From Algoriphagus sp. (lineage in GTDB: Bacteria > Bacteroidota > Bacteroidia > Cytophagales > Cyclobacteriaceae): 64,000 nucleotides of DNA. The notes beneath the pieces are model-generated. The model saw nothing but the letters and a program-made list of their open reading frames with translations. It had not been told where the DNA came from and did no database searches. The DNA lies in assembly GCA_044353615.1 (NCBI GenBank), contig JBILBQ010000001.1, positions 19,201 through 83,200 of the forward strand. The letters are read 5' to 3'. This document shows positions 27,162 through 36,653 of this stretch, piece by piece. Every line of letters starts with the position of its first letter. Within the stretch, counting starts at the first letter, position 1. Position numbers and translations under genes: made by a program.

Positions 27162-29653
27162 CAGAGCGAATCGATTAGGTATACAGGAAGGTTCTGTTGC
27201 GTACTTAGGAGCTTGTCTTGGAGATGATCCAAATGCTCCACTTCGGTGACTGGGGCATAGGAAATGAATTTTTCATCTACCCTTCGAAGCAATTCCCCTG
27301 TCCGAGGATCAATGACCACAAAATGAATCCAAGTATTTTTCACCCACTCATGAATGCCAGGGTTCGATTCGAGCACCTTTGCCACCAAAGCCGGATCCTG
27401 CTCTACCACCATCAGCAAGCGAATAGGGTCGTGAATTTCTACCATCTGATACGGAAGCCCTGTTCGCAAATCCCCATCTGCTCCATTCGCTACACCAATG
27501 AGGCCCATCACGTTGTGAGGAAGCTTGGTTCCTGCACCTAACTTATCTGGGTCCATTCGGGAGAAATAATACTCCAGGTTGATCCCACCACAAACCGGGA
27601 CGGCGGCAGATAGAATTTTAGTCAAGGATACACCGTCTGGATCTTGGCGGTAGTCATAGGAGTTGAGAAAAGCCCTCCGATCAAAAAACAACCCTTTGAT
27701 CGTTGATTTTCGAGACACAATACAAAGTGCATTTGTAGCATGATTGTATTCGGGACGCGGTTCAAACAGGGAAAATGCTCGTTTTTTAACCGCTTCATGG
27801 AGTCCACCAATGGACTTGTTTTTATCTAAAGTGTCGAATCGACGCGATCGCTCTAGCGAGTTAATATCCAAGACACGAACAAACTTCTCTTGGTTTTCGC
27901 GATGCAACTTCAGATTTTCTGCATAAAGGATGTCTTCATCATAAAACAACAACTCATCCTTTGTGGTGTCGTGTAGGCCTCCCAGAAATTGAGTGGAGGA
28001 TGGAATGTCAATTCCTCTTTTCAGAAGAAGTTGCCTCACTTCAGGTTGATTGGCCATAAAGGCAGCCACTCTCGCATTGACAGAACCAGGTCGACCACAG
28101 CAAGCTCCACAATCGTATCCTGCATAGTGCGTATTGTTGATACTTGAAGCGCCGTGCCCAATCAGGTAGACAAGCGGAGAAAATCCGTCCATCAAGCCAA
28201 TGCTTCGCAGCAATCCTTCGATACGATCTGCCATTTCTTCCACCTTAAAACCTACCTTTAAGCCATTTTCTTCGCCTTGATACAGGATGGAGAGGCTTCC
28301 CTTCGGGTCCATGTGGTGCATGCTCGACACTTCCAAGGCGGAGGAACTAGGTCGGAGTACATTGCCGATAAGACGTAAGGCAGACCAAAATCCAAGCGTT
28401 TGGGCACTCAACCATCCGCGAACCAGCGAATGGCTGCGCTGGTTAAAATGAACATCCGAAGCCAGCTTTTTATGCTTTGCTGTCTCCTTGATTAGAAATT
28501 TTGGGGTAACCGGTGCGGGACAAGATTTGGTATGAAACTTTCCATACTCTGGCTGAAAGTAAAATTCCACATTGAAAAACCCTGGTGTCCCATACGTTGC
28601 ACAATGAGGATCGATGTACTCCAAATGCCTGCGCGTGCTACATTCTCGGTCATCAATACAAAAGAGAGCCTGAAAGCTGGGAATCGAACCCGAAGATGGC
28701 GAGGGTTCCACCGATTTGATACCTGCCAATACCTCGTCGTAGTAACTCCATTCGTAGGCCTCTTGCCAGGTTTGCAGGACCAAATCTGAGCTATTAAACA
28801 AGCCAATTTCCAACCATTCCTTACTTGAAAAAGGAAATTGCATTCCCAATGGCTTCCACGAATCTCCAAACTTTTTGTCTAGGGCATCAATTTCCAACAA
28901 GCACTCCACAAGAATGAAGTCCTCCAATGCAATAGGCTTGGTATCCAATAAGGATTCAGGCTGGGTTTCCAGCACAGACACCATTCCCGACCAACCTGGA
29001 TGTGCAAACTGCTGATCCAAAAGATACCAGGCATAGCTGTCCGAATGACCAACCAGCACCTGCAAGACATCTTCCAAGCCAAGGTCATGCTTCTGAAGTA
29101 AGGAGATGGCTCTTTTCGAGGTGAAAATAGCCGAAAAGCTGTCTCGCTGAAGCCCACGTATCGACTCCAAAAACCCCTTGGATTCAAGAGGAAAGGACCA
29201 AATAGAGATCCCTTGGTCCAAATAGGCCGCCAGCAAGCGAAATAAAAATGGATGGGTGACTTTATCGAGATTGAAATGGTATTCCTGCTTCCAAAGCCCT
29301 CTAAATTGACCTATTTTAGAAGGGGTAGGACTTTCTTGGCATTCGTCTAAGAGTTTGACCAGCCAGCCATTGGCTTGGTCTCCGAATTGCTCTTCCAAAA
29401 TCCGTTGGAGGACTTGGCCTTTAATTTTTCCTTCGCGGTACAAGTTTCTGTACTGCTCCAGAGGCAAGAATCCTCTGTATCCAAACTGTGCGCTCGCTTG
29501 TTTAAGTGCCTGGAAGAAAGGAAGATGCTGAAAAGCATGTAGCGTATTGTGATGGATAAAGTCCTTCAAAGGAGCCTGAGCAGGAAGGAAATGCTTCAAC
29601 AAAGGAAGTATATCCTCCACACCCATCCCCTGATGCGTGGAATGATGATGCAT
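27161..29653 (-). CDS. dabA: DUF2309/YbcC beta-carbonic-anhydrase-like DAB subunit (MpsB-like)
   Basis: PL..FIHHNTL; FCIDDRE and GHG...CGAC Zn ligands; HDTT, RPEY, RRAFL.SYD, INLEYYFS and GDLRTGLP motifs. Confidence 0.92.
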   Translation of the reverse strand: MHHHSTHQGMGVEDILPLLKHFLPAQAPLKDFIHHNTLHAFQHLPFFQALKQASAQFGYRGFLPLEQYRNLYREGKIKGQVLQRILEEQFGDQANGWLVKLLDECQESPTPSKIGQFRGLWKQEYHFNLDKVTHPFLFRLLAAYLDQGISIWSFPLESKGFLESIRGLQRDSFSAIFTSKRAISLLQKHDLGLEDVLQVLVGHSDSYAWYLLDQQFAHPGWSGMVSVLETQPESLLDTKPIALEDFILVECLLEIDALDKKFGDSWKPLGMQFPFSSKEWLEIGLFNSSDLVLQTWQEAYEWSYYDEVLAGIKSVEPSPSSGSIPSFQALFCIDDRECSTRRHLEYIDPHCATYGTPGFFNVEFYFQPEYGKFHTKSCPAPVTPKFLIKETAKHKKLASDVHFNQRSHSLVRGWLSAQTLGFWSALRLIGNVLRPSSSALEVSSMHHMDPKGSLSILYQGEENGLKVGFKVEEMADRIEGLLRSIGLMDGFSPLVYLIGHGASSINNTHYAGYDCGACCGRPGSVNARVAAFMANQPEVRQLLLKRGIDIPSSTQFLGGLHDTTKDELLFYDEDILYAENLKLHRENQEKFVRVLDINSLERSRRFDTLDKNKSIGGLHEAVKKRAFSLFEPRPEYNHATNALCIVSRKSTIKGLFFDRRAFLNSYDYRQDPDGVSLTKILSAAVPVCGGINLEYYFSRMDPDKLGAGTKLPHNVMGLIGVANGADGDLRTGLPYQMVEIHDPIRLLMVVEQDPALVAKVLESNPGIHEWVKNTWIHFVVIDPRTGELLRRVDEKFISYAPVTEVEHLDHLQDKLLSTQQNLPVYLIDSL

Positions 29654-29739
29654 GGTATAAAATTTCTGAGTGAGAACTTCCGTCTAGACAACGGTAGTTT
29701 TATCCCTGGAATCAGGAATAGCCTTATTGGGCAAAAAAA

Positions 29740-30120
29740 TTAGCTCAGATGAATTTTCCAGCTATGAAAAAAATCGTAAAGAGGCAAAAGACTGCCTCGA
29801 ATGGCTTTATTTCCAAAAATGGAAAAAAACCCAGATAAGAGATCTTTTCGAACAAACTTGGAAGAATGAAGCAGTAAAACAGCTGTGGTACTCTCGGATT
29901 CTACTTCTACTTTTTCCTCTACTTCAATACTAGGAACCAGAGTGCCAATTCCATTGAACGATCCATGAACAGGTGCTAGGTGCTCTCCGGTTAAAGAGGA
30001 GGAAGCGGGAGATTCTACGGCTAAAAGTGAAGACCAGTCAAGTGACACTTCTTCTGCTGGCCCCTGAACCAATAGGGACAGGCGAAGGAGAAGGGTGAAC
30101 AAACTGGTTATTAAAATCAT
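29740..30120 (-). CDS. Hypothetical small protein upstream of dabA
   Basis: ATG start, hydrophobic N-terminus, acidic EVEEKVEVESE patch and C-terminal PLYDFFHSWK. Confidence 0.6.
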   Translation of the reverse strand: MILITSLFTLLLRLSLLVQGPAEEVSLDWSSLLAVESPASSSLTGEHLAPVHGSFNGIGTLVPSIEVEEKVEVESESTTAVLLLHSSKFVRKDLLSGFFSIFGNKAIRGSLLPLYDFFHSWKIHLS

Positions 30121-30277
30121 GATATCGTAAAAAACAAATGCAAGCTAGAGTTAATTTTTAAAATAGGTATCGGTTTTTTAGGTTATTTATAATATTGGTG
30201 AAAATCTGTTGAATACGGTTTGATGCAAATTCAAAAATAAAATGATTAGTTAATCCATTATTGAGGAATAATCAGAT

Positions 30278-30801
30278 ACAGATATCCCGACCCGCCAGGC
30301 GGGTCGGGATATCTGTTAGTAGTCCATAGTCCCCGGGTTGATCCGCCGTGGCTGATCAACCCGGGGCGATTCAAGGTTGGACCCGCTGGGCGGGTCCTGA
30401 GCACCATTAGTAGTCCTTTTCCATGGGTTTCACCCATGGTTATTCATAAGTTCGATCAGCCGCGGCTGATCATGCATAATCAAATCCCTCCTATCGAAAA
30501 GACCCGCCACCACGGCTTCAAGCATCGTTATTCATAAGTTGGATCCTCCGCAGCTGATCCTGCATAATCAAAATTGAAATTACCGCTTTGGGGAAGAGTT
30601 CTCAATTCTATCTACCCATGTTATCCATTTTTACTGTAAGACCCGCCACCGCGGGTCAAACCTTGAATAACCCCAGGTGAAACCTAGGGAAGGTAGGTGA
30701 AGCCTACCGAAGACAGGTGAACCTCGGAGAGACAGATATACCAAAGGATAGGGAATCCCCAACCCGCCACCGCGGGTTGAACTTCCACCGCGGGTTGAAC
30801 C
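30278..30801. repeat. REP/REPIN-like palindrome cluster (right copy) with nested palindromes
   Basis: Perfect 19-bp-arm palindrome at 30278-30316 and 13-bp-arm palindrome at 30331-30366. Block 30656-30721 matches 22652-22717 at 63/66 nt in direct orientation. Confidence 0.88.
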
Positions 30802-30882
30802 ATCAGAAAGGATGAACAAAAACCGTATCCCTTTCTATTTTTTCTTTTTATTTTCTCCATTTTCGTCCTTAAACTAATTTCG

Positions 30883-31482
30883 ATGAAACAACTTGGTATT
30901 CTCCTATTTGACGACGTGGAAGTTTTGGATTTCGCAGGCCCTTTTGAGGTTTTTTCGGTGGCCAACCAGCTTTCGGGATACAACCTACTTGAGGTGCACA
31001 CCTTCTCCTACGACACCCTACCCATACACGCCAGAAATGGCCTTCAGGTGGTACCAGATCATTCCATCAGTTCCCTCCCCACACTGGACTACCTCGTGCT
31101 GCCAGGAGGTGATGGCACCAAAAAAGTGGTTCAAAACGGCTCATTCATCGAAGCGATAACTCCACGCGTACTCTGCTCTGAATGGACCATGACCGTCTGC
31201 TCTGGATCTAGAATACTCGGTAAAGCCGGTTTGCTAGAACAAAAGCCCTATTGCACCCACCACGAAGTGTATGATAGCATTCAAGAAATGGTCCCTTCTG
31301 CCCTACCACAGCCCACACTTCGCTACATACAAACCGACGCCCGACTCTGGACGGCAGCTGGCATTTCTGCAGGCATAGACCTAGCCCTACATCTGACCGA
31401 ACTCACCTTTGGAATAGAACTAGCACTTGCCACCGCTACCTACATGGAATACCTTCCCTACCTCGATCAACATGCACGCTAA
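30883..31482 (+). CDS. DJ-1/PfpI family protein
   Basis: EVLDFAGPFEVF, LPGG, TVCSG and AAGISAGID motifs. Confidence 0.9.
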   Translation: MKQLGILLFDDVEVLDFAGPFEVFSVANQLSGYNLLEVHTFSYDTLPIHARNGLQVVPDHSISSLPTLDYLVLPGGDGTKKVVQNGSFIEAITPRVLCSEWTMTVCSGSRILGKAGLLEQKPYCTHHEVYDSIQEMVPSALPQPTLRYIQTDARLWTAAGISAGIDLALHLTELTFGIELALATATYMEYLPYLDQHAR

Positions 31483-31789
31483 CACCCCCGCACCTCCCTA
31501 CTACGCTGTTATTTTCACCAGCATTCGAACAGATATCGAATCCGGCTATGAAGAAATGGCTGAAGAAATGGTTCGACTTGCAGCCTTACAACCTGGCTAC
31601 CTAGGCCACGAGAGCGCACGAAATGACCTTGGAATTACGATCTCCTATTGGGAGAGTTTGGAGGCTATCAAGGCATGGAAAGCACAATCCGACCACCAAA
31701 TCGCCCAAAAACAGGGACGCGAAAAGTGGTATACCTCCTACAAAACTCGGATTGCCATCGTGGAACGAGATTATGAAATGATTCTCTAA
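31472..31789 (+). CDS. Antibiotic-biosynthesis-monooxygenase (ABM) domain protein
   Basis: PPYYAVIFTS, QPGYLG.ES, GITISYW and AQKQGR.KWY motifs. Confidence 0.88.
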   Translation: MHANTPAPPYYAVIFTSIRTDIESGYEEMAEEMVRLAALQPGYLGHESARNDLGITISYWESLEAIKAWKAQSDHQIAQKQGREKWYTSYKTRIAIVERDYEMIL

Positions 31790-31797
31790 GGCAACAG

Positions 31798-32316
31798 TCA
31801 GCCCCCTTGTTCCAACTCACGCTTGAGCTGCTTGACCCGATCCCGAATATCGAGGCTGCTCAGATCAAGGTGTAGCGAAGTGGCCTTCAAAAAGTCGACT
31901 ACTGCCCCTGTGTGATCGCAGGATTTGCCTTCTTCCATAGTCACATAACGCATGGTTGACCAAAGGACGGTCTTCAATTGCGTTTTGGAATCATCGGTCA
32001 TATAGTATTCCACCAAAATGGTATTGGTATTGTACCAGAGAATTCGGCTAAAAATCCGTACCCACTCTCCAACCATGGCCGGCTTGACATAGCTAATGTT
32101 GTGGTTGTACACAACCCAAGCAGCTTTGTACACCCGAATTAAGTCTATGATTTCCAAGCCATACAACTTGGGAACTTGGTCCTCACGGGCATTAAAAAAG
32201 TAATCAAAATACTTCGCATTGTTGAGGTGGCGAAGGGGATCGCAGTCTTGAAAACGGATCACTACACGGCTTTCCGTTTCCTTGGGGTACTGCTTTTGAG
32301 GGTCATAGTTAAACAT
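31798..32316 (-). CDS. Acyl-CoA thioesterase (4HBT/hotdog fold)
   Basis: RFQDCDPLRHLNNAKY motif. Confidence 0.85.
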   Translation of the reverse strand: MFNYDPQKQYPKETESRVVIRFQDCDPLRHLNNAKYFDYFFNAREDQVPKLYGLEIIDLIRVYKAAWVVYNHNISYVKPAMVGEWVRIFSRILWYNTNTILVEYYMTDDSKTQLKTVLWSTMRYVTMEEGKSCDHTGAVVDFLKATSLHLDLSSLDIRDRVKQLKRELEQGG

Positions 32317-32950
32317 AGGAGCTCAGATCTTTACTTTCCAAACAGGTAATCCCTTCTGCTTGCAACGCTTCCAATGCTTTGATTCCATCTTCGGGATGGA
32401 GATTGACTGCACGCGTAGCATCGGTCAAAACAAAAGTTTCAAAACCCAAACTCTGCGCATCTAGAGCGGTGAATTTCACACAGTAATCCAGCGCCAAACC
32501 ACACACAAAAACACGAGTTATCCCCTTATTTTTCAAATAGTCTGCCAAACCCGTATCTCCACGGCGCGCATTGTCAAAAAATCCCGAGTAGGAATCTACA
32601 CTTGAATTTCTTCCCTTTTGAAAAATTGCTTCCCATGCACTTCGATCAAGAGAGGCTGGAAAATCAGTCCCAAAAGTACCTTCTACGCAATGGGTAGGCC
32701 ATAGTATTTGAGGTACTCCCTCCAGTTCAATCCATTCCCCAGGATTTTTACCCGCATGATTGGCAGCAAAACTGCCGTGATCGGAAGGATGGTAATCTTG
32801 TGTAGCCAACAAATGCTCAAATTGAGGTTGCAAGGCTGCAATAACTGGCAGGATCTCATCACCCTTTGGCACAGCAAGCGCCCCACCTGGCAGAAAATCA
32901 TGTTGAACATCTACCAGAAGTAATGCAGTATCAGATCTCATCTTTATCAT
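32309..32950 (-). CDS. pncA: Nicotinamidase/pyrazinamidase
   Basis: VDVQHDF, TQDYHP, WPTHC, DSYSGF and GLALDYCV motifs. Confidence 0.94.
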   Translation of the reverse strand: MIKMRSDTALLLVDVQHDFLPGGALAVPKGDEILPVIAALQPQFEHLLATQDYHPSDHGSFAANHAGKNPGEWIELEGVPQILWPTHCVEGTFGTDFPASLDRSAWEAIFQKGRNSSVDSYSGFFDNARRGDTGLADYLKNKGITRVFVCGLALDYCVKFTALDAQSLGFETFVLTDATRAVNLHPEDGIKALEALQAEGITCLESKDLSSYV

Positions 32951-34424
32951 GTTGATTCGTTTTTGCAGCAATAACCAATTCCATGCGCAGCTGATGTAAC
33001 TTCTCCTCCAAGCCTACCGGATAGACATGAGGATTAATCAATCGCTTGTGCGTTTTATCAAATGCTTCCAATTGGATTCCAGCACGCTCCCGAATTTGCT
33101 GCAAGCTTGGCAAGGAATAGACCAGCTCTCCTTTTCGGAAAATAGGCTTGAGCAACTCCTCTTCCACATAAAATGAAGGCATCAATCGCTTTCGTTGCGT
33201 GGCATCGTTGGGGTCAATAATCATGATTCCCTGGGGATCAATAGCCTGACCCTCCAAATAGATCATATCTGCAACGGCCTTGCCTTTGCTAAAGTAGCGG
33301 CGTACTTTATGAATGCCAGGAACATTGATTTTTAAGGATTGCTGAGACACCTTCACCTTTGGCACCCAATTTCCAGCTTCATTTTTGATGGCTGAAAGTT
33401 TATATACCGCCCCCAATGCAGGCTGATCAAAGGCTGTCACCAACTTAGTTCCCACACCCCATACATCAATAGCCGCATCCTGAGACTTCAAAGAAGTGAT
33501 GATGTACTCATCCAAATCATTGGAAGCATACACTTTGGCATTCGGAAATCCTGCCTCATCCAACAGCTGTCTTGCTTGTATGGAGAAATATGCCAAATCC
33601 CCGGAATCAATGCGGATGCCTAGCATCTCCTTGCCTTTTTCACGCAAACTTAATCCTACCTGAATCGCGTTTTTTACACCTGCCAAGGTATCGTAGGTGT
33701 CTACAAGAAATACACAATGATCAGGGAAAGCCTCCGCATAGGCATAAAAGGCCTCCAATTCAGAATCAAAGGAAAGTATCCAGCTGTGTGCATGCGTTCC
33801 TGAAACAGGAATATCAAAAAGTTTGCCCGCCATCACATTGCTAGTGGAAGTACAGCCTCCAATGTAGGAAGCCCTACTGGCCGCGAGTGCTCCATCGATG
33901 CCTTGAGCCCTACGCAAGCCAAACTCCAAAACGGGAGCCCCTTGCGCCGCCAAATTGATTCGTGCAGCCTTCGTGGCAATCAGGGTTTGAAAATTAAGAA
34001 TATTCAACAAGGGGGTTTCCAAGAGTTGACACTGAATCAAACTCCCCTTCACCTGCACCATCGGCGCATTGGGAAACACCACGGTTCCCTCCTCCACCGC
34101 ATCGATATCACAGGTAAATCGCAACTCCTTCAGGTAATTCAAAAATGCAGCTTCAAACATCGCAGAGCCATCTTTTTGCTTCATCTTTCTCAAATACTCC
34201 AACTCCCCTGACTCAAACTGTAGATTTTTGCAGTAGTCCACCACATAGTCCAAACCTGCTGCTAGGGTGAAGCCTCCCTCGAAAGGGTTCTTTCTGAAAA
34301 ATAAATTGAACACCGCCTCTTGTTCTCCTTTTCCTGCCTTCCAATAGGCATAGGCCATTGTCAGCTGGTAAAAATCTGTCAGCAGCGCAAGGTTACTTTG
34401 GTATAAATCTTTGGTAATCTTCAT
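32931..34424 (-). CDS. pncB: Nicotinate phosphoribosyltransferase
   Basis: LLTDFYQLTM, EFGLRR, GTHAHS, LVDTYD, RIDSGD and GVGTKL motifs. Confidence 0.96.
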   Translation of the reverse strand: MKITKDLYQSNLALLTDFYQLTMAYAYWKAGKGEQEAVFNLFFRKNPFEGGFTLAAGLDYVVDYCKNLQFESGELEYLRKMKQKDGSAMFEAAFLNYLKELRFTCDIDAVEEGTVVFPNAPMVQVKGSLIQCQLLETPLLNILNFQTLIATKAARINLAAQGAPVLEFGLRRAQGIDGALAASRASYIGGCTSTSNVMAGKLFDIPVSGTHAHSWILSFDSELEAFYAYAEAFPDHCVFLVDTYDTLAGVKNAIQVGLSLREKGKEMLGIRIDSGDLAYFSIQARQLLDEAGFPNAKVYASNDLDEYIITSLKSQDAAIDVWGVGTKLVTAFDQPALGAVYKLSAIKNEAGNWVPKVKVSQQSLKINVPGIHKVRRYFSKGKAVADMIYLEGQAIDPQGIMIIDPNDATQRKRLMPSFYVEEELLKPIFRKGELVYSLPSLQQIRERAGIQLEAFDKTHKRLINPHVYPVGLEEKLHQLRMELVIAAKTNQHDKDEI

Positions 34425-34459
34425 TAACTAAGAAGGATTAGAGACTGTGAAATTACAAA

Positions 34460-35308
34460 CTATTTTACCCGTAAATTCAAAAGGATGCCAATGAAAACCA
34501 AAGCCATTCCAAGGTAAGCGGGTATGGGGAAGGTTTCTCCGAATAGCAAAAATCCAAAAATCAAGGCATAGACAACTCCCAAGTAACTCAAACTCGAAAT
34601 TCGGGACACATTGCCTGACTGATAGGCCAAAGTCATAAAATACTGCGCATTTTGGGTACAGAACCCAATCCAAAGCAAAATCAGCCAATCCCATCCCATG
34701 GGAGTTACCCAGTCAAAATACATCAACACAGAAGCAATGGGTAAAGTCACCAATGGAAAGTAGAAAATAATCACCATAGGATGTTCGATGCCTTTCAACT
34801 TTCGAATCAGATTGTAGGCAACACCAGAAGCCAAGGCAGAAATCAATCCCATCGCAGCACTTAATCCGTCTACACGTGGATCCACCCCTTGGATCAAAAG
34901 CACCCCTGAAAAGGCCAGGCCAAAGTAGACAAACTGCCTTGCCCTAACTTTTTCCTTCAGGATAAAAATACCCAAGATGGTGGTAAATATGGGCGATAGG
35001 TACTGCATCGTCACTGCACTTGCCAAGGGAATGCGCTGCAGGGTGTAGAAAAACAGGATCAAACTGATAGAGCCTACCACTCCTCTAGCTACCAAGCTCA
35101 ACTTATTATTGCCAAAAAGCGGGATTCCTTTTTTGGTCAAAACTATCACCGTAAAAACAGCACTAAAAACAGACCGAAACCAAACAATTTCAATGGCCGG
35201 AATATGGGGAATGAATTTGACCGACACATTCATCAGTGCAAAAAATACACTTGCCAAAAGCATGGATTGTACTGGACTGATTTTCAAGGAAAAAACGCTT
35301 AGTGACAA
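34460..35308 (-). CDS. DMT/EamA family transporter
   Basis: Ten TMs; YLSPIF..ILKEK motif. Confidence 0.88.
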   Translation of the reverse strand: MSLSVFSLKISPVQSMLLASVFFALMNVSVKFIPHIPAIEIVWFRSVFSAVFTVIVLTKKGIPLFGNNKLSLVARGVVGSISLILFFYTLQRIPLASAVTMQYLSPIFTTILGIFILKEKVRARQFVYFGLAFSGVLLIQGVDPRVDGLSAAMGLISALASGVAYNLIRKLKGIEHPMVIIFYFPLVTLPIASVLMYFDWVTPMGWDWLILLWIGFCTQNAQYFMTLAYQSGNVSRISSLSYLGVVYALIFGFLLFGETFPIPAYLGMALVFIGILLNLRVK

Positions 35309-35409
35309 AATTGATTTACAAAGCTAAAAGATTCTACCTAGCTTAGACTAGGATTAGGGCACAGTTTCAAAACCTTCCTTTTCCTTAAACTGTTTCCTTT
35401 TAAAAAATC

Positions 35410-35859
35410 ATGGCCTTACCTGTAGGAACTCAAGCACCCGATTTTACTCTTGCCGCAACTAACTTGGGCAGCATCACTCTTTCCAAAGACTTGGTTGGGA
35501 AATCAGTAATCCTTTATTTTTATCCCAAGGATTTCACTCCGGGTTGTACAACAGAGGCCTGCGAATTTCGTGACCAGTTTGCTGCATTTCGTGAGCTAGA
35601 TATCCCTGTTTTTGGAATTAGCCGGGACAATTTGGCTACTCATGAAAAGTTCAAAAAGACGCATCGACTGCCCTTCGAACTACTTGCAGACGAATCAGGA
35701 AAAGTTTGCAAAGCTTACGATGCGCTCCTCCCCTTGATCAAAATGCCAACGCGTGTCACGTACCTATTGGATAGCAACCACCGCATCGCTGGAGTTTTTC
35801 AAGGATTATTTGAAAACAAGGCCCATGTGTCGGCCATGCTCAAACAGCTTAAAAAGTAA
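35410..35859 (+). CDS. bcp: Peroxiredoxin, BCP/PrxQ type
   Basis: YFYPKDFTPGCTTEAC motif. Confidence 0.9.
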   Translation: MALPVGTQAPDFTLAATNLGSITLSKDLVGKSVILYFYPKDFTPGCTTEACEFRDQFAAFRELDIPVFGISRDNLATHEKFKKTHRLPFELLADESGKVCKAYDALLPLIKMPTRVTYLLDSNHRIAGVFQGLFENKAHVSAMLKQLKK

Positions 35860-36516
35860 TCAAGCCCCTTCAATCCGGCCATCCTTCATCACCACCTTCC
35901 GGTCAGCCTTGGTGGCCAACTCTTCATTGTGTGTGACGATCACAAAAGAAAGTTGAAAGGTATCCCTCAACTTGAAAAATAAATCGTGAAGTGATCTCGC
36001 ATTACTTGTATCGAGGTTGCCACTCGGCTCATCCGCAAACACCAAGTCGGGACTATTGATGAGTGCACGAGCCACTGCTACCCGTTGCTGCTCTCCTCCC
36101 GACAGTTCAGAGGGCTTGTGCTCCAAGCGGTGGCGAATTCCAAGAATTTCCGCAAGTTTTTCAGCACGATTGGTCAACTCTTTCTCTTCCCTACCCTGAA
36201 TAAATCCTGGAATACAAATATTCTCCAAGGCTGTAAATTCGGGAAGCAGGTTGTGAAACTGGAAGATAAATCCAATTCGAGAATTTCGAAATTCGGCAAG
36301 GGCATCACCTTGAAGTTGGAGCAGGTTTTGATCGTACAACAATAGTTCTCCACGATCCGGGCGATCCAAGGTTCCTAAAAGGTGGAGCAGCGTGCTTTTA
36401 CCAGCACCAGAAGCACCAACAATGGAAACAATTTCTCCTTTGGAAATTTCCAAATCTACCCCCTTCAAAACCTCCAACGAACCGTAAGATTTATGAATAC
36501 CTTTGGCAATCAGCAT
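35860..36516 (-). CDS. lolD: Lipoprotein-release ABC ATPase
   Basis: GASGAGKST, GFIFQFHNLL, LSGGEQQR and DEPSGNLD motifs. Confidence 0.85.
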   Translation of the reverse strand: MLIAKGIHKSYGSLEVLKGVDLEISKGEIVSIVGASGAGKSTLLHLLGTLDRPDRGELLLYDQNLLQLQGDALAEFRNSRIGFIFQFHNLLPEFTALENICIPGFIQGREEKELTNRAEKLAEILGIRHRLEHKPSELSGGEQQRVAVARALINSPDLVFADEPSGNLDTSNARSLHDLFFKLRDTFQLSFVIVTHNEELATKADRKVVMKDGRIEGA

Positions 36517-36653
36517 GCTAAGAATTTTTGATTTTTTAAATGTAAAACAAATCCTTCTAATCCAGGAATTAACAGGCTATTTTGCTAAAATTCACGGATT
36601 CCAGTTTGCTATATTGCCTGTGCAAGCTTATATTCGGGCAAAATTTCATATAG

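Noticed and set aside
22802-29653. Evidence of autotrophy
   Set aside because: No Rubisco, carboxysome or other fixation genes in the window, and DAB also occurs in heterotrophs.
22605-30819. Similar small ORFs 22605-22799 and 30631-30819 as paralogous genes
   Set aside because: Their similarity comes from the shared REP-like DNA.
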